Assembly: GCA_963795085.1 (NCBI GenBank)
Contig: CAWCFX010000004.1
Location: 32,001-96,000 of the forward strand
Direction of reading: 5' to 3'
From: an uncultured Gemmatimonadales bacterium
GTDB lineage: Bacteria > Gemmatimonadota > Gemmatimonadetes > Gemmatimonadales > GWC2-71-9
Length of the DNA stretch: 64,000 bases
In this document: piece by piece, positions 18,048 through 27,744 of the stretch
How positions within the stretch are numbered: the first letter of the stretch is position 1
Layout of the letters: the number at the start of each line of letters is the position of its first letter
Translations under genes and position numbers: made by a program
The notes under the pieces: model-generated
The model's input: only the letters and a program-made list of their open reading frames with translations
The model's database searches: none
What the model was told of the DNA's origin: nothing

Positions 18048-18126
18048 GGCTTTTGTCAGCGTCATGTAATCCCGCTGTCATGTTTCTCTGTTCCCCGCCG
18101 GGGCCCCGGGCCCTACATTCCCGGGC

Positions 18127-19194
18127 ATGTCCAGACTCCTCCTCTGCCTCGTGGCCCTCTGCCTGGCGTGCGGCAACCGCCAGGCGACCGAGGTGCCGAT
18201 GACCGTGCTGGGCGCGCCAGCCGATTCTACCGCGCTCCCCTATTCCTACATCTCCGACGCGGTGCATCTTGGTGGCGACCGCTGGGCCTTCGTGGCGCCC
18301 ACCGAACGGGCCGCCGTGGTCGCGGACCTTTCCTCCGATTCTTTCCAGGTGCTGGGCGGCCCCCGGCCGACCCAGTACCAGGAGCCCTACGCGATCTTCC
18401 GGGCCGGCGACTCTCTCTACATCAGCGACTGGGGCCGGCGGAGCCTGACCGTCTGGTCCACGGCGGGGGGGTTCGGCCGCGCCATCCCGGCCAGCGCCTT
18501 CGTCTCCGGTGCGCTTCCCCGCGCGCGGGATGGCCAGGGCCGGTTCTACTCGGTAATACATCCCCCCGCCCGCAACGACGGCAGCGGCAACCGTGATTCA
18601 GCATACGTCGTCATGATGTCCGCCGATCTCTCCCGGGTTGACACGGTGGGCAGGCTGGCGCCGCCCGACATCGCGGAAGTGGTGGGCCAGTCCGGGCGCC
18701 GCTACACGCCGCGGGCCATGAGCGGAGCGGATGGGTGGGGGGTCATGCCGGATGGCACCATCTGGATTGCGCGGGTGGACCAGAACCGCGTGGACCGGCG
18801 CGGCGCCGACGGCAAGTGGCGGAAGGGCCGCGCCTTGCCGGACCGGGTTCTCACCGTGGAGGAGGACGACCGCCAGCAGTTCCTGGAACAGTTTCCGGTC
18901 GAGCTTCGCCACGATGCGGCCCAGACCCCCTTCGCGATCATCAAGCCGCCGTTCCAGTCCGGTTTCGCCGGCCCGGGCGGCAGCGTCTGGCTGGTGAAGA
19001 ACCATTCGTTACGCGACTCGACCCGGATGGCGCAGGTCGTCGGTCCCGACGGCGACCTGAAGCAGCAACTAGAGTTCCCCGGTTATGGGCGGGTGGTCGG
19101 CACCAGCGGCGACCGGATCCTGGTGACCGAGTTGTCTGAGTCGGGGCATTGGCTGCTGGTCTACCGGGTGCCGCAGCCGGAACCCGGCATGTAG
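18127..19194 (+). CDS. Beta-propeller-like lipoprotein
   Basis: MSRLLLCLVALCLAC lipobox; GDSLYISDWG, DGQGRFY and DGWGVMPDGTIWIAR resemble the 7-9 kb paralogues. Confidence 0.8.
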   Translation: MSRLLLCLVALCLACGNRQATEVPMTVLGAPADSTALPYSYISDAVHLGGDRWAFVAPTERAAVVADLSSDSFQVLGGPRPTQYQEPYAIFRAGDSLYISDWGRRSLTVWSTAGGFGRAIPASAFVSGALPRARDGQGRFYSVIHPPARNDGSGNRDSAYVVMMSADLSRVDTVGRLAPPDIAEVVGQSGRRYTPRAMSGADGWGVMPDGTIWIARVDQNRVDRRGADGKWRKGRALPDRVLTVEEDDRQQFLEQFPVELRHDAAQTPFAIIKPPFQSGFAGPGGSVWLVKNHSLRDSTRMAQVVGPDGDLKQQLEFPGYGRVVGTSGDRILVTELSESGHWLLVYRVPQPEPGM

Positions 19195-19274
19195 GGTGCG
19201 CGCGCCTGGACGTGCTCTTGACCGGTTCCGTGGTATGCCCCAGGACCATTGAGGAATGACTTGTTCGCCAATGG

Positions 19275-20768
19275 CTAGTGCGGCAGAACCGGTCCCAGTG
19301 CCAGCAATCCCAGCCAGATCACGACGAAGCTGCTCAGGTCCATCAGCACGCCGACCTTGATCATCCTCCAGAGCGGCACCAGGCCGGTTCCAAAGGCGAT
19401 GGCGTTGGGTGGTGTAGAGACCGGGAAGATGAACCCACTGGTGGCGGCGATACCGGCCCCGATGGCCGGCGCCACCGGATCGAGACCGGAGGCCTGGGCG
19501 GCCGCGATGATGATTGGAATAATCAGGGTGGCGGAGGCGGTATTGGACGCGAACTCGCTCAGCAGGATCGAGGCGGCGATGCTCACCGCCAGGAGACCGG
19601 CCGGTGTGGACGCGATCCCGATCTGGCTGATCTCCATCCCCAGCCACTGCGCGATCCCGAGGTCAGCCGCCAGCGTCCCCAGCGACAATCCCCCGCCGAA
19701 GAGGATCACGATTCCCCAGTTGAGCCGCCGGCCCTGCTCCCAGGTTAGTGCGAACTTGCGGTCCTTCCAGTTTACCGGCGCCAGGAACAGCAGTGATGCG
19801 GCCAGGAGCGCCACCCCGGCCTCGGGAAAGAGGCGGACCAGCGTCCGGGTGACGGGCGCGTCGGCACCCAACGCCGCCCCGGCCAGTCCCGGCACCATCC
19901 AGAGGGTGGCCGCGAGCGCGAACGCGACCAGGGTCCAGCGCCGTCCGGCCCGCTGGGACGCCGGTTCGGCGCCTGGGCGTATGATGGCGGGTTCGAGTTG
20001 AGCGCGGGGCGGAGTGCCCAGCACCGTGCGCACCCAGAACACCGCCACCGGCAGGAGGACCAGTGCGATGGGCACCCCGAACGTGAGCCAGGACGCGAAC
20101 GAGATCCGGGTGCCGGTCATTCGCTCCAGGAATCCCGCCGCGAGGAGGTTGGGCGGGGTTCCGATCAACGTTGCGAGTCCGCCGATGGATGAACAGTAGG
20201 CCACCGTAAGCACCAGCCCGCTCGCCCAGCCGGGGACGTCTCGCGGCTCCTCCGGTGCTTCGGATTCTTCGCCAAGCGACTCGCGCACGGCGCCGATCGC
20301 GACGGGCGTCAGCAGGGCCGCCGTCGCGGTGTTGGAGAGAAAGCTCGACATCGACGCCGAGGCGACCGCAAACCCGGATGTAACCCCGCCCCCTGATTTG
20401 CCCACCATGCGACTGTGGAGCATGGCCGCGGCAATTCGCTTGTCCAGCCCATAGGTACGGAACGCCTCGGCCAGGAGGAAGCTGCCGATGATCAGGAAGA
20501 TCACCGGGTCGGCGTACGGAGCGAACACCTCCCGCGCCGGGGCCGTTCCCGTCACGACCACCAGCGCGGAGGCCAGCAGTGCCGTGGCGGGAAGGGGAAT
20601 CGACTCGCTCATCCAGTACACGATGGCCAGCGTGATGATGGCGAGGAGGCGCTGCGCCTCCGGGGATTGGCTTGCCGGGTTCCACCAGTAAACGGCCAGT
20701 GCCAGCACCGGCCCTAGCGCCAGGCCAGCCGTGGCCATGCGGCGTTCGAACAGCGCGGTGGAGGACAT
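19275..20768 (-). CDS. SLC13/DASS family sodium-coupled anion symporter
   Basis: SFLSNTATAALL, SIGGLATLIGTPPN, SEFASNTASA, FPVSTPPNAI; many TM segments. Confidence 0.93.
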   Translation of the reverse strand: MSSTALFERRMATAGLALGPVLALAVYWWNPASQSPEAQRLLAIITLAIVYWMSESIPLPATALLASALVVVTGTAPAREVFAPYADPVIFLIIGSFLLAEAFRTYGLDKRIAAAMLHSRMVGKSGGGVTSGFAVASASMSSFLSNTATAALLTPVAIGAVRESLGEESEAPEEPRDVPGWASGLVLTVAYCSSIGGLATLIGTPPNLLAAGFLERMTGTRISFASWLTFGVPIALVLLPVAVFWVRTVLGTPPRAQLEPAIIRPGAEPASQRAGRRWTLVAFALAATLWMVPGLAGAALGADAPVTRTLVRLFPEAGVALLAASLLFLAPVNWKDRKFALTWEQGRRLNWGIVILFGGGLSLGTLAADLGIAQWLGMEISQIGIASTPAGLLAVSIAASILLSEFASNTASATLIIPIIIAAAQASGLDPVAPAIGAGIAATSGFIFPVSTPPNAIAFGTGLVPLWRMIKVGVLMDLSSFVVIWLGLLALGPVLPH

Positions 20769-20839
20769 GGAAGAGCAATATAGGAGCGAAACGGCGGATA
20801 GGGCGACCAAGGCACCGGCGGAGCTTCGCTTACGAGCTG

Positions 20840-21241
20840 CTACGGCCTGACCACGGCTTCGCCGACAGCTGCTCGCTTCCGCAGCACGCCGCCCAGCACA
20901 TTGCCGGGAAGCAGGAGCGCGAGAAATGTCAGGTGATACCAGACCGGCAGCAGGCTCCAGTAGCTGATCTCGAACGCGATGCCGATGCAGAGCTGTACCC
21001 CGCCGAGGGCCGCTGAATGGAGCAGTGGCCTGGTCCGGGCAATGACCGCCGTGAGATAACCCGCCGTAATGCCGAAAACGAAGCTCGCCACCAGGTAGCC
21101 CACAAGTACACCGACATGCCCGAGATAACGCTCAGGGTCGATGAGGTGGGGAAAGACCGCAATCATCAATTGGTTGAACGGAACCCAGAGCAGGCTCCAG
21201 GCGATGGCACCGGCGAGGACGGACAGTGTGCTGCGCAGCAT
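20840..21241 (-). CDS. Small 4-TM membrane protein
   Basis: AGGAGG SD; MLRSTLSVLAGAIAW...LPVWYHLTFLALLLPG. Confidence 0.8.
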   Translation of the reverse strand: MLRSTLSVLAGAIAWSLLWVPFNQLMIAVFPHLIDPERYLGHVGVLVGYLVASFVFGITAGYLTAVIARTRPLLHSAALGGVQLCIGIAFEISYWSLLPVWYHLTFLALLLPGNVLGGVLRKRAAVGEAVVRP

Positions 21242-21284
21242 TGGGGACCTCCTGGAGGTTGGGAGTTGCCGAGGGAGGTAATAT

Positions 21285-21300
21285 GTGATATATTTATCAC
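21285..21300. promoter_or_regulatory. Palindromic operator overlapping the -10 box of the ArsR gene
   Basis: GTGATA-TATT-TATCAC between divergent genes; contains TATATT 8 nt before ATG 21303. Confidence 0.7.
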
Positions 21301-21302
21301 CT

Positions 21303-21668
21303 ATGCAACCTGACCACCTGGAACCCGCCTGGCGCGCGCTGTCTAACCCGTTGCGGCGGCAGATGTTGGACATCTTGCGCGAGTCCCCGCTTCCGACCGG
21401 TGCACTGGGGGCCCACTTCCCGGGCCACTCCCGGTTTGCGGTGATGCAGCACCTGCGGGTGCTTGAAGAGGGGGGTCTGGTGGTGCGGCGGAAGGAGGGA
21501 CGCCTGACCATCAATCATCTCAACCCGGTGCCCATCCAGCAGATTCACGACCGCTGGGTCACCCGCTACGAACGACACTGGACGGAAGCCCTGCTGGATC
21601 TCAAGGCCCAGCTGGAAACCCCTGCTGCCAGCGATAGCGCCGAGCCTGGAAATGCCTGCACGGGGTGA
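21303..21668 (+). CDS. ArsR/SmtB family transcriptional regulator
   Basis: WRALSNPLRRQMLDIL...SRFAVMQHLRVLEEGGLV...NHLNPVPIQQIHDRW. Confidence 0.92.
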   Translation: MQPDHLEPAWRALSNPLRRQMLDILRESPLPTGALGAHFPGHSRFAVMQHLRVLEEGGLVVRRKEGRLTINHLNPVPIQQIHDRWVTRYERHWTEALLDLKAQLETPAASDSAEPGNACTG

Positions 21669-21775
21669 CGTCCTGGTGACTCTTTTTTTCTTGCTCTTTG
21701 TGGTTCGGCGGTTGTTTGTCCTGGGGTTCGTGCCTACGTGATCTCTGATTTCCTTAACCCGTAACGGAGCCAGCC

Positions 21776-22303
21776 ATGCCGGCCGACCAGCTTCCCCCTT
21801 TCATTACCTCTGTCGACATCATGGTCCCTATCCAGAAAGTCTGGACCGAGATCACCAAGACAGGCAGCATCCAGCCCGCGATCTACAACACGGTGCTCGA
21901 GATGCAGCCGGCACCGGGCAGCCGGCTCCGTTATTACAGCCCCAACCGGAAACGGGTGTTCGTGCTGGGCGAGGTGCTGGAGCTGGAGCCGCCCCGCAAG
22001 TTCAAGCACACCTACCACTTCCTCATGAACGGCAAGGAGCCGCCCACGGTCGTCACCTGGGAACTGGCCGAGATCCCGGGCGGTACCCGTGTCACCCTCA
22101 CGCACGCCGGCTTCACCGCGGCCCACAAGGGCGCCGGTAAGCAGCAGGCGGGGTGGCAGGAGATCCTCGGTCTGCTCAAGAGCGAGCTGGAGACCGGCGG
22201 CATTCCCTTCAAGACCCGGATGATGTACGGCATGATGGGGGCGATGTCCTTCATGCTGCCAAGGAGCACAAAGGTGGAAGAGGCGGAGCGGCTGTTTTCC
22301 TAG
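21776..22303 (+). CDS. SRPBCC/AHSA1 domain protein
   Basis: GEVLELEPPRK, VVTWEL, TRVTLTHAGF, GWQEILGLLKSELETG; the ArsR-SRPBCC pairing is typical. Confidence 0.88.
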   Translation: MPADQLPPFITSVDIMVPIQKVWTEITKTGSIQPAIYNTVLEMQPAPGSRLRYYSPNRKRVFVLGEVLELEPPRKFKHTYHFLMNGKEPPTVVTWELAEIPGGTRVTLTHAGFTAAHKGAGKQQAGWQEILGLLKSELETGGIPFKTRMMYGMMGAMSFMLPRSTKVEEAERLFS

Positions 22304-22384
22304 CGAGGGTGGCGGCGGCGGAGTTTCCGGACGGAGCCCACCGCCAGGGTGAGCGCCAAAGGCGCTGCCCCAACCGGTGCGTAT

Positions 22385-23119
22385 CTAGAGGTCCTGGTGC
22401 GCCGAAGGTTCTGCCGGGGGCGGGGGCGCCGGTGTGTCCCGGTCGCTCTTCCGCCGGTTGCGTCTCCGGCCTTCCTCGTACCATTTCCTGGTAATTTCGC
22501 CGGCCAGTTTCCGGTTGCCGAGCCCGAACGCCAGGCCGGCCGCCAGGGCGATAGCGCCCAGAATCAGGATGAACGCGGAGGTCACGATTTCCTCCGCCAC
22601 GCCCACCTGCTGCAGGGCCATGAACACGGAGATCAGGACGACGGCCGTCTTGGCCAGCTTGGCCAGGATCGGCACCCCTTCGACCTGCCCCGCCGAGGCG
22701 ACGATCAGCCCCCGCACGAACTCGCCCACGATGATGCCGAGGATGACGATGACAATGCCGGCGATCAGGGTGGGAATGAATCCCAGCATCAGGCCGAACA
22801 TCTCGTTGATACTTTCCAGCCCCAGCGCCGCACTTGCCAGCAGGATCACCACCAGCATGACCAGCCAGAACATGAGCTTCCCGATGGCGTGGACCGGGTC
22901 CAGGTAGGGACGGGCCCGGTCCACCGCTTCCGCCAGCCCGCCTTCCTGCGCCATCCGGTTGAAGTCCATCCGCTTGAGTACCCGGTCCACCCAGCGCTCG
23001 ATCTGCTTGGCGAGGAGATACCCCGCCAGCAGGACCAGCACCGCCGCGATGACTGCGGGCGCCATCCGGGCCAGCTCATACGCCCCGAGCCGCAGGCGAT
23101 CCCATAACTCGTACATCAA
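22385..23119 (-). CDS. TM-helix-repeat membrane protein (CmpX / MscS first-helix-like)
   Basis: FIPTLIAGIVI; ALQQVGVAEEIV..AF..ILGAIALAAGLAFGLG. Confidence 0.85.
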   Translation of the reverse strand: MMYELWDRLRLGAYELARMAPAVIAAVLVLLAGYLLAKQIERWVDRVLKRMDFNRMAQEGGLAEAVDRARPYLDPVHAIGKLMFWLVMLVVILLASAALGLESINEMFGLMLGFIPTLIAGIVIVILGIIVGEFVRGLIVASAGQVEGVPILAKLAKTAVVLISVFMALQQVGVAEEIVTSAFILILGAIALAAGLAFGLGNRKLAGEITRKWYEEGRRRNRRKSDRDTPAPPPPAEPSAHQDL

Positions 23120-23214
23120 GGCTCCTTGGTTATCACGAAGGCACGAACGAAAGACAAAGAACGGAGATGGCTAAGTGGTCAACTGTTCGAGCTCGTGATG
23201 CAGCGGATCAGCCT

Positions 23215-24249
23215 TCAGGATATCTCCAGCACGATCTTTCCCGACTGCTCGCCCGCCGCCAGCCGTTCGAAGGCAGTGGAGCTTTCATCCAGGGGAAAGA
23301 CCCGGTCCACCAGCGGCCAGAGCTTCCCCGCCCCAGCCAGGCCGACGATCTCCTGGTACTCCGACCAGTTCCCCATGGTCGAGCCCAGGATGGAGTACTG
23401 GTACCAGAAGAGCCTTCGTACGTCCGTCGTGACCATCGGGCCCGTGGTTCCGCCGCAGGTCACCAGGCGGCCCAGCCGGCCCAGGCAGCGCAGCGACTTC
23501 TCCCACGTCTTCTCGCCCACGTTGTCCACCACCACCTCGACCCCCCGCTTGCTGGTCAACTTCCGCACCTCCGCGGCCACATCCTGGGTCGCATGGTTCA
23601 GCGTGAAGTCGGCGCCCAGCTCCCGGGCCCGCGCCAGCTTCGCGTCGGAAGAGCTGGTCGCGATCACCCGGGCACCCAGGAGCTTCGAGATCTGCAGCGA
23701 GGCGAGGCTCACCCCCCCGCCGATGCCCCAGATCAGCACCGTTTCGCCCGCCCGAAGCCGCGCCCTGGTGACCAGCATGCGCCACGCGGTAAGCGTCGCC
23801 AGCGAGAACGCGGCCGCCTGGGGCCACGGCATATCAGCCGGTACCCGGCCCAGGTTCCGGGCCGGGACCACGACGAACTCCGCGGCGGTGCCGGGGACAT
23901 GCTCGCCCAGCAGCCGGTACGTCTCGCACAGCGAGTGCTCCCCGCCGAGGCAGCTCTCGCACCGATAGCAGGAGAGCCCGGGATTGATCATGACCCGGTC
24001 TCCCGGTGCCCAGCCCGTGACCCCACTCCCCACCGACTCAATGACCCCGGCGCCATCGCCGGCCATAACGTGGGGGAACCTGTAGCGCACCCCCGGCAGC
24101 CCCTGCAGCACGAAGAGATCGAGCCGGTTGAGCGCGGCCGCCTGGATCCGAACCAGGACATCTTCGGGGTCGGCAATCCCGGGCGCGGGGACATCCTGGA
24201 CGGCCAGAAACTCGGGTCCGCCCAACTGGGTGAGGGTGAGGGCTTTCAT
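23215..24249 (-). CDS. Zinc-binding dehydrogenase (MDR family)
   Basis: Start MKALTL at 24249; CYRCESC..GEHSLC structural Zn site; IWGIGGGV. Confidence 0.93.
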   Translation of the reverse strand: MKALTLTQLGGPEFLAVQDVPAPGIADPEDVLVRIQAAALNRLDLFVLQGLPGVRYRFPHVMAGDGAGVIESVGSGVTGWAPGDRVMINPGLSCYRCESCLGGEHSLCETYRLLGEHVPGTAAEFVVVPARNLGRVPADMPWPQAAAFSLATLTAWRMLVTRARLRAGETVLIWGIGGGVSLASLQISKLLGARVIATSSSDAKLARARELGADFTLNHATQDVAAEVRKLTSKRGVEVVVDNVGEKTWEKSLRCLGRLGRLVTCGGTTGPMVTTDVRRLFWYQYSILGSTMGNWSEYQEIVGLAGAGKLWPLVDRVFPLDESSTAFERLAAGEQSGKIVLEIS

Positions 24250-24264
24250 GGTGCGGGGAAGATA

Positions 24265-24391
24265 AGGGAATTGAGGGAATTGATGGAATTGAGGGAATTG
24301 AGGGAATTGAGGGAATTGAGGGAATTGAGGAATTGAGGGAATTGGGCTGTTCAATTCCAACATTCCTTCAATTCCAACATTCCTTCAATTC
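24265..24391. repeat. (AGGGAATTG)x9 followed by 2.5 copies of TTCAATTCCAACATTCC
   Basis: Read directly; TCAATTCC in the second block is complementary to GGAATTGA in the first. Confidence 0.95.
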
Positions 24392-26585
24392 AGAACACCA
24401 CCTGCTCGTTCAGCACCAGCGGAACCTGGAATGGCGCACCGCCGCCGACCGGCACCAGCGAGAAGGTGAACTCGGCCTTGCCGCGCCGTGGGTCGGTGAC
24501 CCGGCCGGCCACTACCGCCAACCGGTCGCCGGTCCGACTGACACCCAGGGAGGTGATCGCGGCGGGGCTGCTGTAGATAGCGCCGGCCACACCGCCGGCT
24601 GCGGGCAGCCGCATGACCTGCCACCCCGCCCGCTTGACCTCCGCCCCATACGCCAGATCGCCGTTCGGAAAGAATGCCGGGGCCGATTCCTTTTCCCGTG
24701 TGTTGGAGAGGTTCAGCTGGTTCGACCCATCGATGTCCATCCGGTACACTTCCACGTTGCCGTCCCGGCCCGACAGGAACGCGATCCACCTCCCGTCCGG
24801 AGAGACGGCGGGAGAGGAATTGCCTCCCCCGAGGCTGGTCAGCTGGCGGATATCCCCGCCATTTACGTCCATGCTGAAGATCTGGGTGGCCCCGCCCCGG
24901 GTGCCGGTGAAGACCAGGCGGGTGCCATCCGGCGTCCACCCCGCATCGCCGTCGGGGCCTGGTAACGCGGCGACCCGCCGAATGTTCTGTCCATCCGCGT
25001 CCACCAGGTAGAGGTCATAGTCACCGCCCCGGTTGGAGCTGAAGACGATGGTCGTGCGGTCCGGGCTCAGCGCGGCCTGCACGTTCTGAAAACTGTCGGC
25101 CAGAATGGGCACCATCCGGCTCGGGTCCTTCCAGCCGACCTGGTAGATGCCGAACTGGGGCCCGCCGCGGTTGGCGGAATAGACCACATCGCCGACGACA
25201 AAGACATCGGCGGTCGCGCTCCTCCCCCAGGGCGTCGTTGCGGTCAGCCGGGCCCGGCCAAACCCGGTGGCCTCCACCACGCCGTCGTTCCCCACGACCG
25301 CCGCGGTGATCCGGTCCGAGGTCCATTGCAGGTGCTCGGCCGGACTCAGCACGGCACCGCTCTCATCCACCAGGTTGGCCTTGACCTGCGTCCGGGCGCC
25401 CAGTTCCATCGAAAAGCGGGTCTGATCCAGCGCAATGCCGCCCGGCACCACTTCGACCACCCAGGAGACCGGGTCGAACCCCCGGGCTCGCAACGTCACC
25501 GTGGTGGTGCCGAGCCCGAGCGCGGTGATCTCTCCCCTGGCCGGGTCGTACCCGGCGACGGCACTGTCTCCCACTTCCCACCAGAGCGTCGCCTCCGGCA
25601 CTGGTGTGGAGTCCGCGGCTTCGGCCTGCACGGTCAGCGCGCGGGTCCCGCGCAGCGGCATTCGCAGGATGCCGGCGCTGGGCTTCGGCGTCACCACGAG
25701 GGTCTCCACCGGCTTGTGCACCCGGACCGGGATGCGTCGCTCCTGGAAGAAACCGGCGATGATTATCTCAGCCTCCCCCGGCACCATCGCCTGCACGATG
25801 CCGGTCGGTCCAACCCGGACAATGTCGGGATGACTGGACCGCCACTGCAGCCCGGCGCGAAGTTCCCGGTTGCCATGGGACGGCACCGTTGCCGTGATGG
25901 TATCGAGGTCATACGGCGCCAGAATCAGCCGGGCGGGTGCCAGGGAAATCTCGGCGGCGCTGATCTCCACGGGCGCCGTCGCGGCCAGGCCGCCGGCAGC
26001 GCTCGCCTGTACGATGGCCGTCCCCGGCGCCAGGCCGACGATGACGCCCTCGGCGTCCACGGCGACCGTTTCCGGAGTCAGCGACTTCCAGATAATCCGC
26101 GGCAGCTCGGCCGCGGAGCCGTCATCCCGAAACGCCCGGATGACCAGGCGGCGATTCTCGGAGGGGAGCAAATACACCGGGCTCGGCTCGATGGTGATCA
26201 TCGAAGCCGGCGGGCTGGCAGCCGGAACTGGAGAGGTCGCGGCCTCGGTGGTGGTCTGGGGCTGATTCACCGACTCTACTGAGACTGCGACGCTGAATGA
26301 CTTCTGGCCGGCGCTCACCTGGACGATGGCGGCGCCCGGTTTGAGCCCGATGATCACCCCGTCGGCCTGGGCCTGGGCGACGGTCGGGTTGTTGGAGCTG
26401 AAGGTGAACCGTATCGTGGGAATCAGGTTGCCGCCGGTGTCGAACGCGGCCGCAAACAGCGCCTGCTTCTGGCCCACTCGGAGCGTGACCGTCTCCGGGG
26501 TGACCTGGACTTCAGACACGTTCTGGGCCCGAAGGGCCCCGGGAATGAGGATGAGTGAGAGAACTAATGCCGAAGTCAGTCGCAC
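24390..26585 (-). CDS. Secreted protein with several Ig-like (Big_2) domains and a C-terminal TolB/PD40 propeller
   Basis: GTG 26585 with GAGGTG SD; repeats FSSNNPTVA, WKSLTPETV, WRSSHPDIV; LSPDRTTIVFSSNRGGDYDLY; VSPDGRWIAFLSGRDGNVEVY. Confidence 0.9.
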   Translation of the reverse strand: MRLTSALVLSLILIPGALRAQNVSEVQVTPETVTLRVGQKQALFAAAFDTGGNLIPTIRFTFSSNNPTVAQAQADGVIIGLKPGAAIVQVSAGQKSFSVAVSVESVNQPQTTTEAATSPVPAASPPASMITIEPSPVYLLPSENRRLVIRAFRDDGSAAELPRIIWKSLTPETVAVDAEGVIVGLAPGTAIVQASAAGGLAATAPVEISAAEISLAPARLILAPYDLDTITATVPSHGNRELRAGLQWRSSHPDIVRVGPTGIVQAMVPGEAEIIIAGFFQERRIPVRVHKPVETLVVTPKPSAGILRMPLRGTRALTVQAEAADSTPVPEATLWWEVGDSAVAGYDPARGEITALGLGTTTVTLRARGFDPVSWVVEVVPGGIALDQTRFSMELGARTQVKANLVDESGAVLSPAEHLQWTSDRITAAVVGNDGVVEATGFGRARLTATTPWGRSATADVFVVGDVVYSANRGGPQFGIYQVGWKDPSRMVPILADSFQNVQAALSPDRTTIVFSSNRGGDYDLYLVDADGQNIRRVAALPGPDGDAGWTPDGTRLVFTGTRGGATQIFSMDVNGGDIRQLTSLGGGNSSPAVSPDGRWIAFLSGRDGNVEVYRMDIDGSNQLNLSNTREKESAPAFFPNGDLAYGAEVKRAGWQVMRLPAAGGVAGAIYSSPAAITSLGVSRTGDRLAVVAGRVTDPRRGKAEFTFSLVPVGGGAPFQVPLVLNEQVVF

Positions 26586-26670
26586 AGTATCACCTCGAAA
26601 GAGCTTCACCCGGAGGAGCGCAGGGGAGGCCGGGACTCGTTGAGATAAGCGATCCGTCCTGCCAGACAAG

Positions 26671-26685
26671 GCAAAGGGCAAGCCA
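26671..26685 (-). promoter_or_regulatory. Candidate sigma54 (-24/-12) promoter
   Basis: TGGCTTGCCCTTTGC has GG-N10-GC spacing, about 85 nt upstream of GTG 26585. Confidence 0.45.
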
Positions 26686-27245
26686 TGGACGAATGACATA
26701 AGTCCATGGGAGATCAGGGGGTAGCTGGATCCCTCCGGACCGGCGTTTTTTCTGTACACGTCTCCTGCGACCGGCGGTCTGCCCCTGCTACTGGAGGTGA
26801 TGCAAGTCAACCCTGTTCAATAACTTAAGCTATTTGCCCGACGCCAACTGGACCTTGAGCTCTCCGGCTTCGTCACCGGGAGTATTGGCGACGACTAACA
26901 CATTGGGATCGTGGCCTCACCTTTAGTCGACCACAGCCCCCGCTCCGAGAGGTAAACCATTTAGCAACTTTGAGATATGTACCCACTTTGCGCGAGCAGG
27001 GACTTCACCAGGGGCCACGCATCTCGCCCCGGAGTCTGGAAAGTTGCGGTGCTCGTCGCCGCCCCTCGTCGCCAGAAGCCCCGGTGTTTCGGGAGTCCGA
27101 CGCGGCGGGCACCTCGCGGTCCGAGTGCCTTGCAGAACCACTCAACTTGTGCAAGTTATATCCATCAAATGTCTGTCAGGCGCACAGGCGCGTCAAATAC
27201 CTGCGGCGGGTCGCGCCGCTCGAGTCTTCCCTGGGAGCTACAACG

Positions 27246-27701
27246 ATGGCCGACCTGAACGAGGAGATGGGCTGGTCTGGAGCGGGCTGGATGGATCCTA
27301 CGCCGCTTTCCCCTGAGCCGGAGCCGATGTCGCCCTTCAGCGCGGCCCGGGAAGAAACCATGCCGAACGCGGAGGAGGGGCCAGCGGTAAAGCCCAAGGC
27401 CGCCGCCCGGCCCCGGAAGAAGGCCGCGAAGAAGCCGGCCAAGAAGGCAGTCGCGAAGAAGCCGGCCAAGAAGGCGAAGAAGAAGGCCGCCGCGAAGAAA
27501 TCAAAGGGGAAGAAAGCGGCAAAGAAGAAGGCCGGTGGCAAATCCAAGGGCTCCGGAAAGAAGAGCGCCAAGAAGAGCGTTAAGAAGAAGAGTGCCAAGA
27601 AGAAGAGTGCCGGCAAGAAAGGCGCAGGAAAGAAGAAAGGATCCGGCAAAAAGAATAAGGCGAAGAGCGGCAAGAAGGGCGGTAAGAAGAAGAAGCGGTA
27701 G
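27246..27701 (+). CDS. Histone H1-like Lys/Ala-rich protein with an acidic N-terminus
   Basis: GGAG SD; KKAAKKPAKK and KKSAKK repeats over about 100 residues. Confidence 0.8.
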   Translation: MADLNEEMGWSGAGWMDPTPLSPEPEPMSPFSAAREETMPNAEEGPAVKPKAAARPRKKAAKKPAKKAVAKKPAKKAKKKAAAKKSKGKKAAKKKAGGKSKGSGKKSAKKSVKKKSAKKKSAGKKGAGKKKGSGKKNKAKSGKKGGKKKKR

Positions 27702-27709
27702 CCGAGAAT

Positions 27710-27744
27710 CCCCCCTCCCGATCAGGCGAGGGGGGCTTTTTGTT
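27710..27744 (+). terminator. Rho-independent terminator
   Basis: CCCCCCTC...GAGGGGGG followed by CTTTTTGTT; overlaps the end of convergent otsB. Confidence 0.8.

Noticed and set aside
16002..18065. 687 aa minus-strand ORF, and similar long antisense ORFs such as 54042-55904, 10002-11429, 35675-37060 and 38004-39245
   Set aside because: They are shadows of well-supported opposite-strand genes, expected in high-GC DNA, and have no recognisable motifs.
24250..24363. PQF-repeat N-terminal extension of the zinc dehydrogenase
   Set aside because: It is the translation of the 9 bp DNA repeat. A -10 box sits 9 nt before ATG 24249, which gives the typical MKA start.
26836..26932. Known riboswitch or 6S RNA
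   Set aside because: I could not match the conserved cores of c-di-GMP, ZTP, ykkC, glycine, SAM or 6S RNAs by eye, so it is kept only as an unassigned structured candidate.
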